Shown piece by piece: positions 55,444 through 64,000 of a DNA stretch of 64,000 nt (position 1 is its first letter; every line of letters starts with the position of its first letter). The notes beneath the pieces are model-generated. The model was given only the letters and a program-made list of their open reading frames with translations. It was not told the origin of the DNA and did no database searches. Location of the stretch: NCBI GenBank assembly GCA_018304425.1, contig JAGVWE010000002.1, positions 160,001-224,000 of the forward strand, given 5' to 3'. Origin of the DNA: Candidatus Iainarchaeum sp. GTDB taxonomy: Archaea > Iainarchaeota > Iainarchaeia > Iainarchaeales > UBA10219. The position numbers and the translations under genes are program-made.

Positions 55444-56018
55444 TATTGGATTATGACTTTTTCGGGGGTGGTGAGGAAGAGAAACGGCTTGACGCCCACT
55501 TTTACCTGGGCGCCGCGCTTGCACGGGGTCTGGCACGAAACCACGTAATTGCCGGCGCTGACCCCTGCCAGGAGGTCGAACTCCACGTGGACGGCCGCAA
55601 GCTGCCCATCGCAGACGATGACCGTTGCATCTACCACGCGCTTGGAGAAAAACAAGCGGAACCAGGCAAAGAAGGCAATGAGGCCGGCCAGCAGCCACAC
55701 CGAGTAATTGAACTGCGCCAGCAAGACCTGGGACTGGAAGAACCAGGCGGCCTGGGCGAACAGCCAGACCCCGGCAAAAAACAGGAAATAGGCCTTGAAC
55801 TCCCGGCCGGTGACGCGCCGGAATTCAACGACCAACAGGAAAAAGTAAACCAGGGAAAGCACGGCCTGCGCCGACAAGAACATGGAATCGGAAAGCGTGT
55901 TGCGGGCGAAACCCAGCAACAACAGGCCGATGACCATCACCTGCAGGGACGCCGCAAGCAAAGTCTTGCGGCTCACGCCCTTGAACCATTTCCCAAGAAG
56001 AGTCCTGGATGCACGCAT
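55443..56018 (-). CDS. DUF2101-like pilus-associated membrane protein
   Basis: Four TM segments, then beta domain AAVHVEFDLLAGVSAGNYVV...G.QVKV.V...P; located in the T4P locus. Confidence 0.65.
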   Translation of the reverse strand: MRASRTLLGKWFKGVSRKTLLAASLQVMVIGLLLLGFARNTLSDSMFLSAQAVLSLVYFFLLVVEFRRVTGREFKAYFLFFAGVWLFAQAAWFFQSQVLLAQFNYSVWLLAGLIAFFAWFRLFFSKRVVDATVIVCDGQLAAVHVEFDLLAGVSAGNYVVSCQTPCKRGAQVKVGVKPFLFLTTPEKVIIQ

Positions 56019-56022
56019 GCCT

Positions 56023-56406
56023 TCACCCCTCTCCCTGGAGGACTTCCACGTGCACGGACTTGTACCGGGTCCGGTGCCGGATTTTTTCGGAAAGCGATTC
56101 CAGGTCCTGCTTCACGCGGGCTTCAAGCAACGGCGCAAACGGTTGGAGGTGCAAGGACAAGGCAATCGATTCAGGGCCTTCCACGAAAGCGATGCGCTCG
56201 ATGTGGTAAGCGGAAGCCGAAGCGGAGAGTTCCGCGGACGCGAGCGCCTTGAGGGAGGCCACGGCCACGGTGGAATCGCGGACTTCGAGGAAAGCCGAAA
56301 GCGATAGCACGGCCAAAAAGAGCACGGCTGCGGCCACGATGACGAGTTCCAGGCTGGCCTGGCCACGGGAACGGGTTTTCCCCCCGTCTTTCCTCCCTTC
56401 ACTCAA
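56023..56406 (-). CDS. Minor pilin (class III signal peptide)
   Basis: SRG|QASLELVIVAAAVLFLAV. Confidence 0.83.
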   Translation of the reverse strand: MSEGRKDGGKTRSRGQASLELVIVAAAVLFLAVLSLSAFLEVRDSTVAVASLKALASAELSASASAYHIERIAFVEGPESIALSLHLQPFAPLLEARVKQDLESLSEKIRHRTRYKSVHVEVLQGEG

Positions 56407-56887
56407 CGGTTACCACCCCGCTGACTTTCTCGATGGAAACGGTTTTCCAGCCCGGGCCCTGCCAGGCACGGGTGCGGCACCCGAGCTTGAAACCCGGGCC
56501 AAAGGCCTTTGAGTGGCTGCATTGGAAGTCGTCGTTGTCCTGGTCCTGCGCGCATGCCGGAACCCGTTCCAGGGAGGGGTCCAGGGAGACCGCAAAGGAC
56601 AGGCTGGCCTGGCCGGCATCACAGGAAAGCCGGGTCTGGGCTGGCAGGAACACTTCAAGGGTGCGCCTGGATTCCCCGGTCGAGTGGCCGACCCAGGCAA
56701 TGGAGTCATGCACCGCGTCAAAGGCCAGCCGCGCCTTTCCAACGGAGCCAACGTCTTGGACGGCCTTCGAGGAAAGCTGCACCATGGGAAGGGTCGAGGT
56801 CTGAAGGTAGAGCAGCATGGCCATGACCAGCAGCATGAGTTCCAAGGAGACCTGGGCACGCGCGTTCAACGGAATACCACCCGCCAC
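56399..56887 (-). CDS. Minor pilin (class III signal peptide)
   Basis: ARA|QVSLELMLLVMAMLLYL; four Cys in the C-terminal half. Confidence 0.83.
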   Translation of the reverse strand: MAGGIPLNARAQVSLELMLLVMAMLLYLQTSTLPMVQLSSKAVQDVGSVGKARLAFDAVHDSIAWVGHSTGESRRTLEVFLPAQTRLSCDAGQASLSFAVSLDPSLERVPACAQDQDNDDFQCSHSKAFGPGFKLGCRTRAWQGPGWKTVSIEKVSGVVTVE

Positions 56888-58026
56888 AAGACGTCTCCCA
56901 CGGATTGGAGGACCAGGTACGCGATGAGCACTGCGGGAACAAAGGGCGCACTGCGCTTCACTTTGATGGTTTCCGGGAGGAGTTTCCTGGCCGCGAGTTC
57001 CCTCAATTTCCTGGCTTCCTCGTCCGTCAAGCCCGCAGCCCGCACACTATTGGCAACGATGCCGCCTTCCGGCAAAACCATCCGGGCCTGCAAGCCCCTG
57101 AAGTCCAGGCGCCGGGCAAAGGAAAGGATTTCACTGGGGCGAAGGGGTTTGACCACCACCAGCTTGCCTGCCACGGATTCGACGATGGTCTCGGCCGGAA
57201 TCATGCCTTCCACGAGGCTCGCCGTTGGAACGCGTTGCTTCAGCACTTCCTCTTTGCTGACCAGGTAGAGTTTGAAGAACACGTAGAACAAGAGCAGGGG
57301 CGCAAAGTATTTCATGGCCTCAAAGAAGGGAATCAGGTAATAGACGTAGGAAGCATAGGCGAACGAGGCCAGGGTGAAGGCGAGCACGACGAGGCTAGGC
57401 AGGAAGGAAAGTGCCAGGAGCAGGGGCCACACCGAGGCCTCGGGCAAGCCCAGGGCATAGGTCACGGCCAGCAAGCCGACCCCGAGCAGGCTGAATTGAA
57501 GCAGTTGCCAGCCTCGCTTCACGAAGCCGGAGAGGAACTGTTGGCGGAGCAACGCGCTCTTGTAGAAGCCCATGAGGCTGAGCAGCACGCCGTACGGCAT
57601 CATGGAGAAAACGCTGAAAACGAACAAGGCCAGGGGAAAGACCGGCAGGGAAAGGGAGGCAAACAGTTCGGGTTTCCCGGGCCATAGCAGAGCATCCAGG
57701 GAAAACGCGTCCCGGATGAAGCCATAGTTGACCGGGTTCAAGGCCGCGAGGGCCGCGAACAACTTCACGTCGCCCCCGGCCCAGACCCCCACGTGCCACA
57801 AGGCATAGGCGCCCAGGAAGGAGAGAACCGTGACTGCAAGGGCCTGGACGAAGAGCATGTAATCATTGCCCGACACAGCGAGGAAGAAGTGGCCGGCCAA
57901 GCCGAACGCAATCAAGGCATAGGTGAGCTTGTCCGGGATTTCCCTGGACTTCAAATCGGTGTAAGTGGCCAGCACCAGGCCGGCCAAGGACGCGGCGAAA
58001 AAAACGGTTTCAAGCAAGGCAATCAA
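56866..58026 (-). CDS. Prepilin peptidase A24, long EppA-like form
   Basis: YTDLK.REIPD, WAGGDVKL, extra TM segments, L.EGM, GLT.E, PFVPA.L. Confidence 0.9.
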   Translation of the reverse strand: MIALLETVFFAASLAGLVLATYTDLKSREIPDKLTYALIAFGLAGHFFLAVSGNDYMLFVQALAVTVLSFLGAYALWHVGVWAGGDVKLFAALAALNPVNYGFIRDAFSLDALLWPGKPELFASLSLPVFPLALFVFSVFSMMPYGVLLSLMGFYKSALLRQQFLSGFVKRGWQLLQFSLLGVGLLAVTYALGLPEASVWPLLLALSFLPSLVVLAFTLASFAYASYVYYLIPFFEAMKYFAPLLLFYVFFKLYLVSKEEVLKQRVPTASLVEGMIPAETIVESVAGKLVVVKPLRPSEILSFARRLDFRGLQARMVLPEGGIVANSVRAAGLTDEEARKLRELAARKLLPETIKVKRSAPFVPAVLIAYLVLQSVGDVLWRVVFR

Positions 58027-58199
58027 CTCATCAGCTGCGCAATCATGTTTTCCCGGTACTCGAGGATTTTGGCCTTCGCCTGCTGGGACAACCCGGAGAG
58101 GTTCAAGGCCAGCACGGCGGCTGCGGCCGCCAAGATGATGGCGAACATCACGGTCAACAGGTATTCAAGGGAAACCTGCGCCCTGGTTTCACGAAACAT
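58023..58199 (-). CDS. Small type IV pilin (class III signal peptide)
   Basis: MFRETRA|QVSLEYLLTVMFAIILA. Confidence 0.88.
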   Translation of the reverse strand: MFRETRAQVSLEYLLTVMFAIILAAAAAVLALNLSGLSQQAKAKILEYRENMIAQLMS

Positions 58200-58332
58200 T
58201 GAAATCACGCAAGAACCCCGGCCGGGCCTTTGCAAGGCTCAGGACGTACAAGCCCACGATTACCGCGATGACGAGGAGCAAGGCCAGCAAGAGCAAGACC
58301 TCCATGGATGACTGGGCTTTCTGGTCGCTCAA
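58189..58332 (-). CDS. 47-aa mini-pilin (not in the ORF track)
   Basis: TTG start overlaps the upstream TGA; MSDQKA|QSSMEVLLLLALLLVIAVIVGLYVLSLAKARPGFLRDFNVS*. Confidence 0.8.
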   Translation of the reverse strand: MSDQKAQSSMEVLLLLALLLVIAVIVGLYVLSLAKARPGFLRDFNVS

Positions 58333-59231
58333 ACGATTCCCCCGATCAACGCCTTGCCAAGGGCCTTGGAAAGGGCGTATACCCCGAACGCGATGAACAA
58401 TAGGATTGGCAGATATATAATGCTTTTGCCTGGCCGGCCCTCCCGCATCAGGGAAACCATGACGCTGGTGGCCAGGATCTCGATGAACAGGTATGCTTCA
58501 ATGAGGAGGGAAATGAGGGCCGTGGCCTGGACGGACTGCGCGAGCACTTCGGCTGGAACGGAGCCTGCCGCAGCCCCGGAGAGCACGCCCAGGATGGTGG
58601 ACACGAACCCGAAAATGAGGGGCGCGACGAATGCCGCGGCCGTCACCAGCAACATGGACTGCATCAGGGTGCTTGACTTGCGCTCGCGGTTGATGCGCTG
58701 CATGGCGCGCAGGTCCTCCGCGATGTCATCCAAGACCTCAGCGAGGCCAGCACCGCTGCGCACGGATTCCACGACCAGGGAAACCGTGCGCTTGACCAGG
58801 GTCGAGTCAACCGAGTCGGCAAAGGACTTCATGGCGGTTTCGAAGTTCTCGCCTTCCTCGAGTTTCCGCACGACCTGGGCGAACCCGGTCTGGAGGGGGC
58901 CATGCCCGGAAACCACTATCTCGCGGAGGCTGGACTCATACGTCGAACCCGCTTTCAGGGTGTCGCTCATCTGCTTGAGGGCATCCACCAGCGAGGCCTC
59001 GACGGACTCGATGCGCTTGACGGCCTGGAAGTAGGGGAAGCCGATGCAGAGGTCGGCGAGCACGACGAACAAGAGCACGGCGAGACGCGCATCCACCGGA
59101 AAAACGAGGAAGGCGGCGGCCGCTGAAACCAGCAAGGACAACAGAATCCAGGCCACGGCGTTGAACCGGAACCCCGAGTGCCGCAGGTACTTGGAATAGC
59201 GTTCGAGCAGGGTTTGGGGAGAGGAGGGCAT
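58329..59231 (-). CDS. pilC: Type IV pilus platform protein (T2SSF/TadC-like) 2
   Basis: R...VE..L.DAL.QM...LKAG, G.L...F, G.NFE.A, SGAGLA.VL..IA.D.R. Confidence 0.9.
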   Translation of the reverse strand: MPSSPQTLLERYSKYLRHSGFRFNAVAWILLSLLVSAAAAFLVFPVDARLAVLLFVVLADLCIGFPYFQAVKRIESVEASLVDALKQMSDTLKAGSTYESSLREIVVSGHGPLQTGFAQVVRKLEEGENFETAMKSFADSVDSTLVKRTVSLVVESVRSGAGLAEVLDDIAEDLRAMQRINRERKSSTLMQSMLLVTAAAFVAPLIFGFVSTILGVLSGAAAGSVPAEVLAQSVQATALISLLIEAYLFIEILATSVMVSLMREGRPGKSIIYLPILLFIAFGVYALSKALGKALIGGIV

Positions 59232-59234
59232 GCA

Positions 59235-60389
59235 TTACACCTTGGGCTGGGAGTAAACAAGGTAAGCGATTAGGTATAACAACAGCACGGGCAACGCGAC
59301 GAGGAACGCGAAGGCCATGGCCTCTGGGGAAAGCACGGCCGCCCCGACCCCGATGGGGGCGTTGGTGATGCCGGCAATGATGGCGATGAACACCGGCAAG
59401 ACCACGGCGGTGACGATGAAGATGACGCCGAAGAAATTCATTTTCTCGGAAAAGTCGCGGGTGCGCATCCGCAACTCAAAGGAAACGTCTTCCGCTATCT
59501 GGCTCATGGCCTCCGAGAGGTTGCCGCCCATGCGCAGCGCGCGGTTGACGTGGAGGAGAGCGCGACGCAATGCCGTGGACTGGGTGCGGCGCGCGAACCG
59601 CTCGATGGCGTCCTTCGTCTCGGCGCCTTCCTCGATTTCGTTGACGGTCCGGGAAAATTCCTCGCTCAGCACGCCATAGTCCGCCGCCGCAATGTCCTGG
59701 AAGGACTTGTACAAGCCAACGCCCGTGTGCAACTGGGTGGCCATCTGGCGCAAGGCAAAGGGGAGTTCCCCGCTCGCCTGTTCCCCGCGTTTGATTGCCA
59801 GGGCCTTCGGCAGGGACAGGAAGGTCAGGGCCGCGGCCAGGAAGACGACGAGCGTGGAAAGGATGACGGCCAAGGCCTTGGCCTGGAATTCGGCCTGCCA
59901 GGGGACGGCGAAATACGCGGAGACCAGCAGGGCTAGCAGCCCGGCCAAGAACGAGGCCGCAGAAACCAGCACCATGAACTGTTTTTGGGTGAGCGGGAGG
60001 CCCGCGCTCGACAAGAAGTAACCCGTGTCCCGGGCCTGGGGCAGGCTGGACAAAACGAAGTCAATGGAAGCCGTTACGGGCCGGCATAAGAGGTAGAACC
60101 GCGCCAGGAAGCGGTCAAAGAAGTGCCTGGATTCCAGGAGCCAGGGAATGGCCTGGAATTCGAGTGCCTGGGTTCCGGCAATGCCTTCCCGGAGCACGCC
60201 GAGTTTTCCTTCCACGGCGGCTTCCTCGCCGAAAGCCATGCCCTGGGCGGCATACTTTTTCTTGATGTTCTCCACCAACCGGTCCACGGCAGGCAAAACG
60301 GTTTCAGGTTCGTCCCTGGCCGGTGCGGTGCCCTGCCTGGGCGCGCGCTGTTCCACGATTTTCTTCTTCAACTCGCTCAAGTCGGCCAT
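59235..60389 (-). CDS. pilC: Type IV pilus platform protein (T2SSF/TadC-like) 1
   Basis: ELPFALRQMA..L..G.GL, YG.LSEEF, GG.LS.....IA.D. Confidence 0.9.
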   Translation of the reverse strand: MADLSELKKKIVEQRAPRQGTAPARDEPETVLPAVDRLVENIKKKYAAQGMAFGEEAAVEGKLGVLREGIAGTQALEFQAIPWLLESRHFFDRFLARFYLLCRPVTASIDFVLSSLPQARDTGYFLSSAGLPLTQKQFMVLVSAASFLAGLLALLVSAYFAVPWQAEFQAKALAVILSTLVVFLAAALTFLSLPKALAIKRGEQASGELPFALRQMATQLHTGVGLYKSFQDIAAADYGVLSEEFSRTVNEIEEGAETKDAIERFARRTQSTALRRALLHVNRALRMGGNLSEAMSQIAEDVSFELRMRTRDFSEKMNFFGVIFIVTAVVLPVFIAIIAGITNAPIGVGAAVLSPEAMAFAFLVALPVLLLYLIAYLVYSQPKV

Positions 60390-60395
60390 TCAAAC

Positions 60396-62033
60396 CTACT
60401 CTCTTTGCCTTCGCGTCAACAGGAAGTCCTGGCACCGCTTGGAGACCTCTGCAATGCCGCGCACGCCCTGCCGGGCGAGGCTCGCAAGGAAGGTGGCACG
60501 GTCCGCCAACTCGGCATCCAATTGCTTGCGGTTGAAGGCGCTGAACTTCTCGAGTTCTCGCAGGAAGCTGATGGGCGTGGGCGTGCGCCTGAAAGAATCG
60601 CTCGCGGCATCCCACTCGAAAACGGTTTGCGTGGTGGTTCGGCCTTCGAGGACGCCCAGGACTTCCGCGACTTCCGTGACGCGGCGGATGGTTCCCTTCT
60701 TCTTGTCGTGGATGCGGTGCTCGATTACCACGAAGTCAAGGCCGGAAAGCATGACCTCGGGGACGCTCATGGGCGGGCTCGTGATGCGGACGATGGCTTC
60801 CTTGGGCGAGTTCGCGTGAACCGTTCCCATCGAGCCCCGGTGCCCGGTGTTCATGGCCGTGAACAGGGAAAAGGCTTCCTCGTGCCTCACTTCCCCAACG
60901 ATGATGCGGTCGGGGCGCATGCGCAACGCGTTCTTGGTGAGGATGTCCAAGGCCAGCTCCCCCGTGCCCTCCAAGCCAGGGGGCCTGGCTTCCAAGCGCA
61001 CCCAGTGCATCAGCGGCAGGGCGAGTTCCGCCGTGTCCTCAATCGAGACAATGCGTTCCCGGGCCGGGATGAACGAGGCCAAGACGTTCAAGGTCGTGGT
61101 CTTCCCCGAACCCGTGCCCCCTGCAATCAGGATGTTGGCCGGCTTCACGCCCAGGCCCTCGACGCACAACCAGAAAAAGGCCGCGAGCCCCGCATCCACC
61201 GTGCCCAAGCGAATCAAGTCCACAATAGAGTACGGGTCTTCCCGGAACTTCCGGATGGTCAACGTGGAACCGTCCACGCTGGCCGGGGGAATGGTGGCGT
61301 TGACCCGGCTCCCGTCCGGGAGGCGCGCGTCCAGCAACGGGCTCGAAATGTCCACTCTTCGCCCGACCTGCCGCGCGATTTTGCTGATCAGGTCCTGGAC
61401 TTCGTTGTCATTGTAGAACTCGATGTTGGTCAACATCATCTCGTGGTCGCGGTGGTAGACGTAGACCGGTTTCTGGGGCCCGATGACCATGATTTCTTCG
61501 AGGCGGTCGTCGCGGACCAAGGAATCGATGATGCCGTAGCCCACCATTTCCCGGACAACCGCTTCGGCGTAGAAGCCATAGCGGTGCTCCGGAATCTTCA
61601 GCTCGGGCGAAGCCCGCAGGATTTCCATGACCTTCTGGTAGTAGACGTTGCGGCGTTCTTCCGCGTCCCGGATGCGGTACGGGGAAACGCTGATGAGCCT
61701 CGTCGCGGCCTCCTTGATGGTGTTGATGACGGCTTTCTCGGCTGCGGTGGGACGCGGGACCGGGACCTGGTAGTAAAGCATGGGCTCGCCGGCCACCCGG
61801 TAAACCGTTACCTCGCCATATTTTTCGACCACGGTTTTCTTGGCCTGCTCGAAGGCAGCGGTTGCCACGGGCCTGGCCCTGGCGGCGGCCTCGGCAGTGG
61901 TCCCGACCACAACCGGTTCAGGGCCTGACTCCAAGGGGATGTCGGCTTCCGCCGTCTTCCCCGCCGGTGCCGGCGCATCCCGGGCCCGCTTTTCCTTGGC
62001 CCGCTCAATCATTTCATTCAAGTAGTCAGCCAC
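60396..62033 (-). CDS. pilB: Type IV pilus assembly ATPase (VirB11/TadA/CpaF family)
   Basis: DARLPDGSRVN, TIRKF, GGTGSGKTT, SIEDTAEL, LRMRPDRIIVGEVR, AMNTGH.G.MGT.HA; GTG start 62033. Confidence 0.95.
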   Translation of the reverse strand: MADYLNEMIERAKEKRARDAPAPAGKTAEADIPLESGPEPVVVGTTAEAAARARPVATAAFEQAKKTVVEKYGEVTVYRVAGEPMLYYQVPVPRPTAAEKAVINTIKEAATRLISVSPYRIRDAEERRNVYYQKVMEILRASPELKIPEHRYGFYAEAVVREMVGYGIIDSLVRDDRLEEIMVIGPQKPVYVYHRDHEMMLTNIEFYNDNEVQDLISKIARQVGRRVDISSPLLDARLPDGSRVNATIPPASVDGSTLTIRKFREDPYSIVDLIRLGTVDAGLAAFFWLCVEGLGVKPANILIAGGTGSGKTTTLNVLASFIPARERIVSIEDTAELALPLMHWVRLEARPPGLEGTGELALDILTKNALRMRPDRIIVGEVRHEEAFSLFTAMNTGHRGSMGTVHANSPKEAIVRITSPPMSVPEVMLSGLDFVVIEHRIHDKKKGTIRRVTEVAEVLGVLEGRTTTQTVFEWDAASDSFRRTPTPISFLRELEKFSAFNRKQLDAELADRATFLASLARQGVRGIAEVSKRCQDFLLTRRQRE

Positions 62034-62133
62034 GCCCAAAACCCCGTGAAATAAGGGATTTAAGTAATTTAAACCCATTGGCGGGAAGGAAAAAAGCGAT
62101 AATCCTATTAAGGGGGAGAAAAGAGATACTACC

Positions 62134-63126
62134 ATGGCCACGGCCTCCGAATTGGTGGCGGCTGGCTTCAGCCCCGAAGCCGCCAAACGGATTCTGGAAA
62201 GACGTCATGCCAGTTTCAAGAGCTTGTCTGCCACGGAACTCGACCACTGGCTGAACCAGGCGGCAAAAACCTATGGCGTGGCGCGTGCCGCCATTGTCCA
62301 TGCATGCGTAGCCTACCCGGAGTTCACCGGCCTCAATCATGAGCGCGTGCTCCGAGACATTGAACAAGCATACGGAGCAGACCGGGAACGAGCGGCAAAG
62401 CTCGTGATGCAAGTGCCGCGGTTCGCCAGCGTGAACCATGCAAAGGCCCGGCAAAAGGTGGAAGAAGGCCTGAAACTTACCCCGGAAAACGCCGCCAAGC
62501 TCGTGCTAAGCTGCCCGGCACTGGCGGGCTTTGATGTAAAAGGAAGGTTAGCCTCCCTAAGACGGGCGCTCGGCGTTACTTTGGAGCAGGCGCTGAAAAT
62601 GGTGCTGACACAGCCGTCCTTGCTGGGACGCAACCCGGAACGGTTGAAGCATCGCATCACCCGATTCGCTGACCTGCTCCAGGTTGACTTCGAAAGCCTC
62701 GTGAAACTTCTTGAGAAAGCCCCCCGGTTGGCGTCCCTTTCCAGCCGACGTCACGTCGCTGCCTGGGAAGCCGCGCGGAACGCCGTGCAGCGCTTGAACG
62801 ATGTGCGTCAAGCGAGAGGCGAAGTGCCCTATGTACCAAGCACCGGCGAGTTACTGGAAATTTACGCCAAATACTACCCGCTGACCCCCTACCCGATTAG
62901 GGGGCTGCGACGAGGAGAGGACTGGATAAAACGCCGCATCGTCCAGGCAGGCCAGGAAAAACGCAGCACCCGCGCACGACGCGCTCGCACGGCTGCATTC
63001 AGGAAAGCGATGCCCAGCAACCGCACGGCACGCATGCTGCGGTTCTTGCACAAGAAGCCAAGCCCTTTCGGGCGCCGCGTCGAAGGAACCCTGAAACGAA
63101 AACTGCGCCTGGCTAGAGCCGCGTAA
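62134..63126 (+). CDS. Helical repeat protein with mTERF-like ~33-aa repeats
   Basis: Units GVARAAIVHACVAYPEFTG, GADRERAAKLVMQVPRFAS, KLTPENAAKLVLSCPALAG, GVTLEQALKMVLTQPSLLG, QVDFESLVKLLEKAPRLAS; basic C-terminus. Confidence 0.7.
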   Translation: MATASELVAAGFSPEAAKRILERRHASFKSLSATELDHWLNQAAKTYGVARAAIVHACVAYPEFTGLNHERVLRDIEQAYGADRERAAKLVMQVPRFASVNHAKARQKVEEGLKLTPENAAKLVLSCPALAGFDVKGRLASLRRALGVTLEQALKMVLTQPSLLGRNPERLKHRITRFADLLQVDFESLVKLLEKAPRLASLSSRRHVAAWEAARNAVQRLNDVRQARGEVPYVPSTGELLEIYAKYYPLTPYPIRGLRRGEDWIKRRIVQAGQEKRSTRARRARTAAFRKAMPSNRTARMLRFLHKKPSPFGRRVEGTLKRKLRLARAA

Positions 63127-63523
63127 GCGCGGCCTGCACGATTTCCCGGTGGTCGAAGCCCATCTTGGCGGGCAGCTTCTTGAGCGGGAACCACTTTATC
63201 TCGGAGGCCTCCTCCTTGCAGAGGGTCAGCTTGCCCCCAACGGGGGCGCAGAGGAACGCCACGGCCACGGTTCCCCGCGGGTCGCGTTTCGGGCTCGAGA
63301 AGACGCCGATGAACGACTTGATTTTCACGCGCAGGCCGGTCTCCTCCCGCGACTCCCGGACAACCGCTTGCTCGACGGTTTCACGCTTTTCCACGCGGCC
63401 GCCGGGCACCACCCAGCAGCCGTTCCACGGATAGCGGTTACGGCGCATGAGCAGGACTTTGCCTTGCTTGACAACGACGGCATCGACCGCCACGGTGCGG
63501 TAACGCTCGTTCATTCGCGGCAT
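63113..63523 (-). CDS. NUDIX hydrolase (ADP-ribose pyrophosphatase-like)
   Basis: Nudix box GGRVEKRETVEQAVVRESREETG; RDPR; FDH. Confidence 0.93.
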   Translation of the reverse strand: MPRMNERYRTVAVDAVVVKQGKVLLMRRNRYPWNGCWVVPGGRVEKRETVEQAVVRESREETGLRVKIKSFIGVFSSPKRDPRGTVAVAFLCAPVGGKLTLCKEEASEIKWFPLKKLPAKMGFDHREIVQAALTRL

Positions 63524-63528
63524 GGGAA

Positions 63529-64000
63529 TCAGCTTAGTTTCCGTTCGCGGATTTCGGCCAGAAGCCGATCCAGGAAATGCTGGACTTTCAGGGTCTCCAG
63601 CTTGCCGGCGCGGTCGCGGACCGTGACCGTGCCTTCCTTGGCCTCCTTTTCGCCGACGACGAGGATGTAGGGGATTTTTTCGAGTTGAGCAGCGCGGACC
63701 TTGTAGGGAACCGTTTCATGCTTTCGGTCGACGTCGCATCGGACCATGTTCTGGCGGAACAACTTCATGAGCTTGTCCGCGTCCTTGAAGTAGTCCTGTC
63801 CCACGGGAACAATGCGCACCTGGATGGGCGACAACCAGACCGGGAAGGCTCCCGCAAAGTGCTCGGTGAGCACGCCCAAAAAGCGTTCCACGCTGCCCAA
63901 AATCGTGCGGTGGTTGATGACCGGCCTATGCTCTTTGTCGTCCGAGCCGATGTAGGAGAGGTCAAAGCGTTCCGGCATCTGGAAGTCCAACTGGATGGTG
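63529..64000 (-). CDS. thrS: Threonyl-tRNA synthetase, bacterial type, C-terminal part (5' end outside the window)
   Basis: TIQLDFQMPERFDL.Y, RPV..HR.ILGS.ERF, GAFP.WL.P.QV, KVR.AQ..KIPY..VVG.KE. Confidence 0.95.
   Translation of the reverse strand, partial: TIQLDFQMPERFDLSYIGSDDKEHRPVINHRTILGSVERFLGVLTEHFAGAFPVWLSPIQVRIVPVGQDYFKDADKLMKLFRQNMVRCDVDRKHETVPYKVRAAQLEKIPYILVVGEKEAKEGTVTVRDRAGKLETLKVQHFLDRLLAEIRERKLS

Noticed and set aside
53075-62033. Archaellum (motility) operon
   Set aside because: No ArlH, ArlF/G or archaellin signatures; two PilC genes and +1 Gln pilins indicate a pilus.

Overview
GC-rich, gene-dense archaeal chromosome segment. The gene set (PriL, two PCNAs, RFC-L, Cdc6/Orc1, Rpo11, Csl4, Nob1, LonB, archaeal PheRS, RpiB, bacterial-type ThrRS) and TATA-box promoters point to a DPANN archaeon, most likely Diapherotrites/Iainarchaeota-like (inference). 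Housekeeping genes are interspersed with accessory blocks. (1) A giant secreted protein of more than 1520 aa with a gingipain/peptidase C25-like domain, absent from the ORF track because it runs off the left edge. (2) A Cys-repeat surface protein, a lipoprotein and a tandem DsbA-like protein that lacks CXXC. (3) An SsuABC-like ABC importer with a TrmB regulator, a perfect palindromic operator and three paralogous small membrane proteins. (4) RelE/RHH and PIN modules. (5) A ~15 kb type IV pilus region (ATPase, two PilC/TadC, A24 peptidase, DUF2101-like protein, about 10 class III signal peptide proteins, adhesin-like protein). Three promoters in that region share a palindromic operator fused to the BRE/TATA, a candidate undescribed pilus regulon. 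(6) An mTERF-like repeat protein, several unannotated micro-ORFs, and two hairpin-rich intergenic elements bounded by direct repeats. I saw no rRNA, tRNA, CRISPR array, transposase or integrase. Family assignments come from motif recognition by eye, not from database searches.
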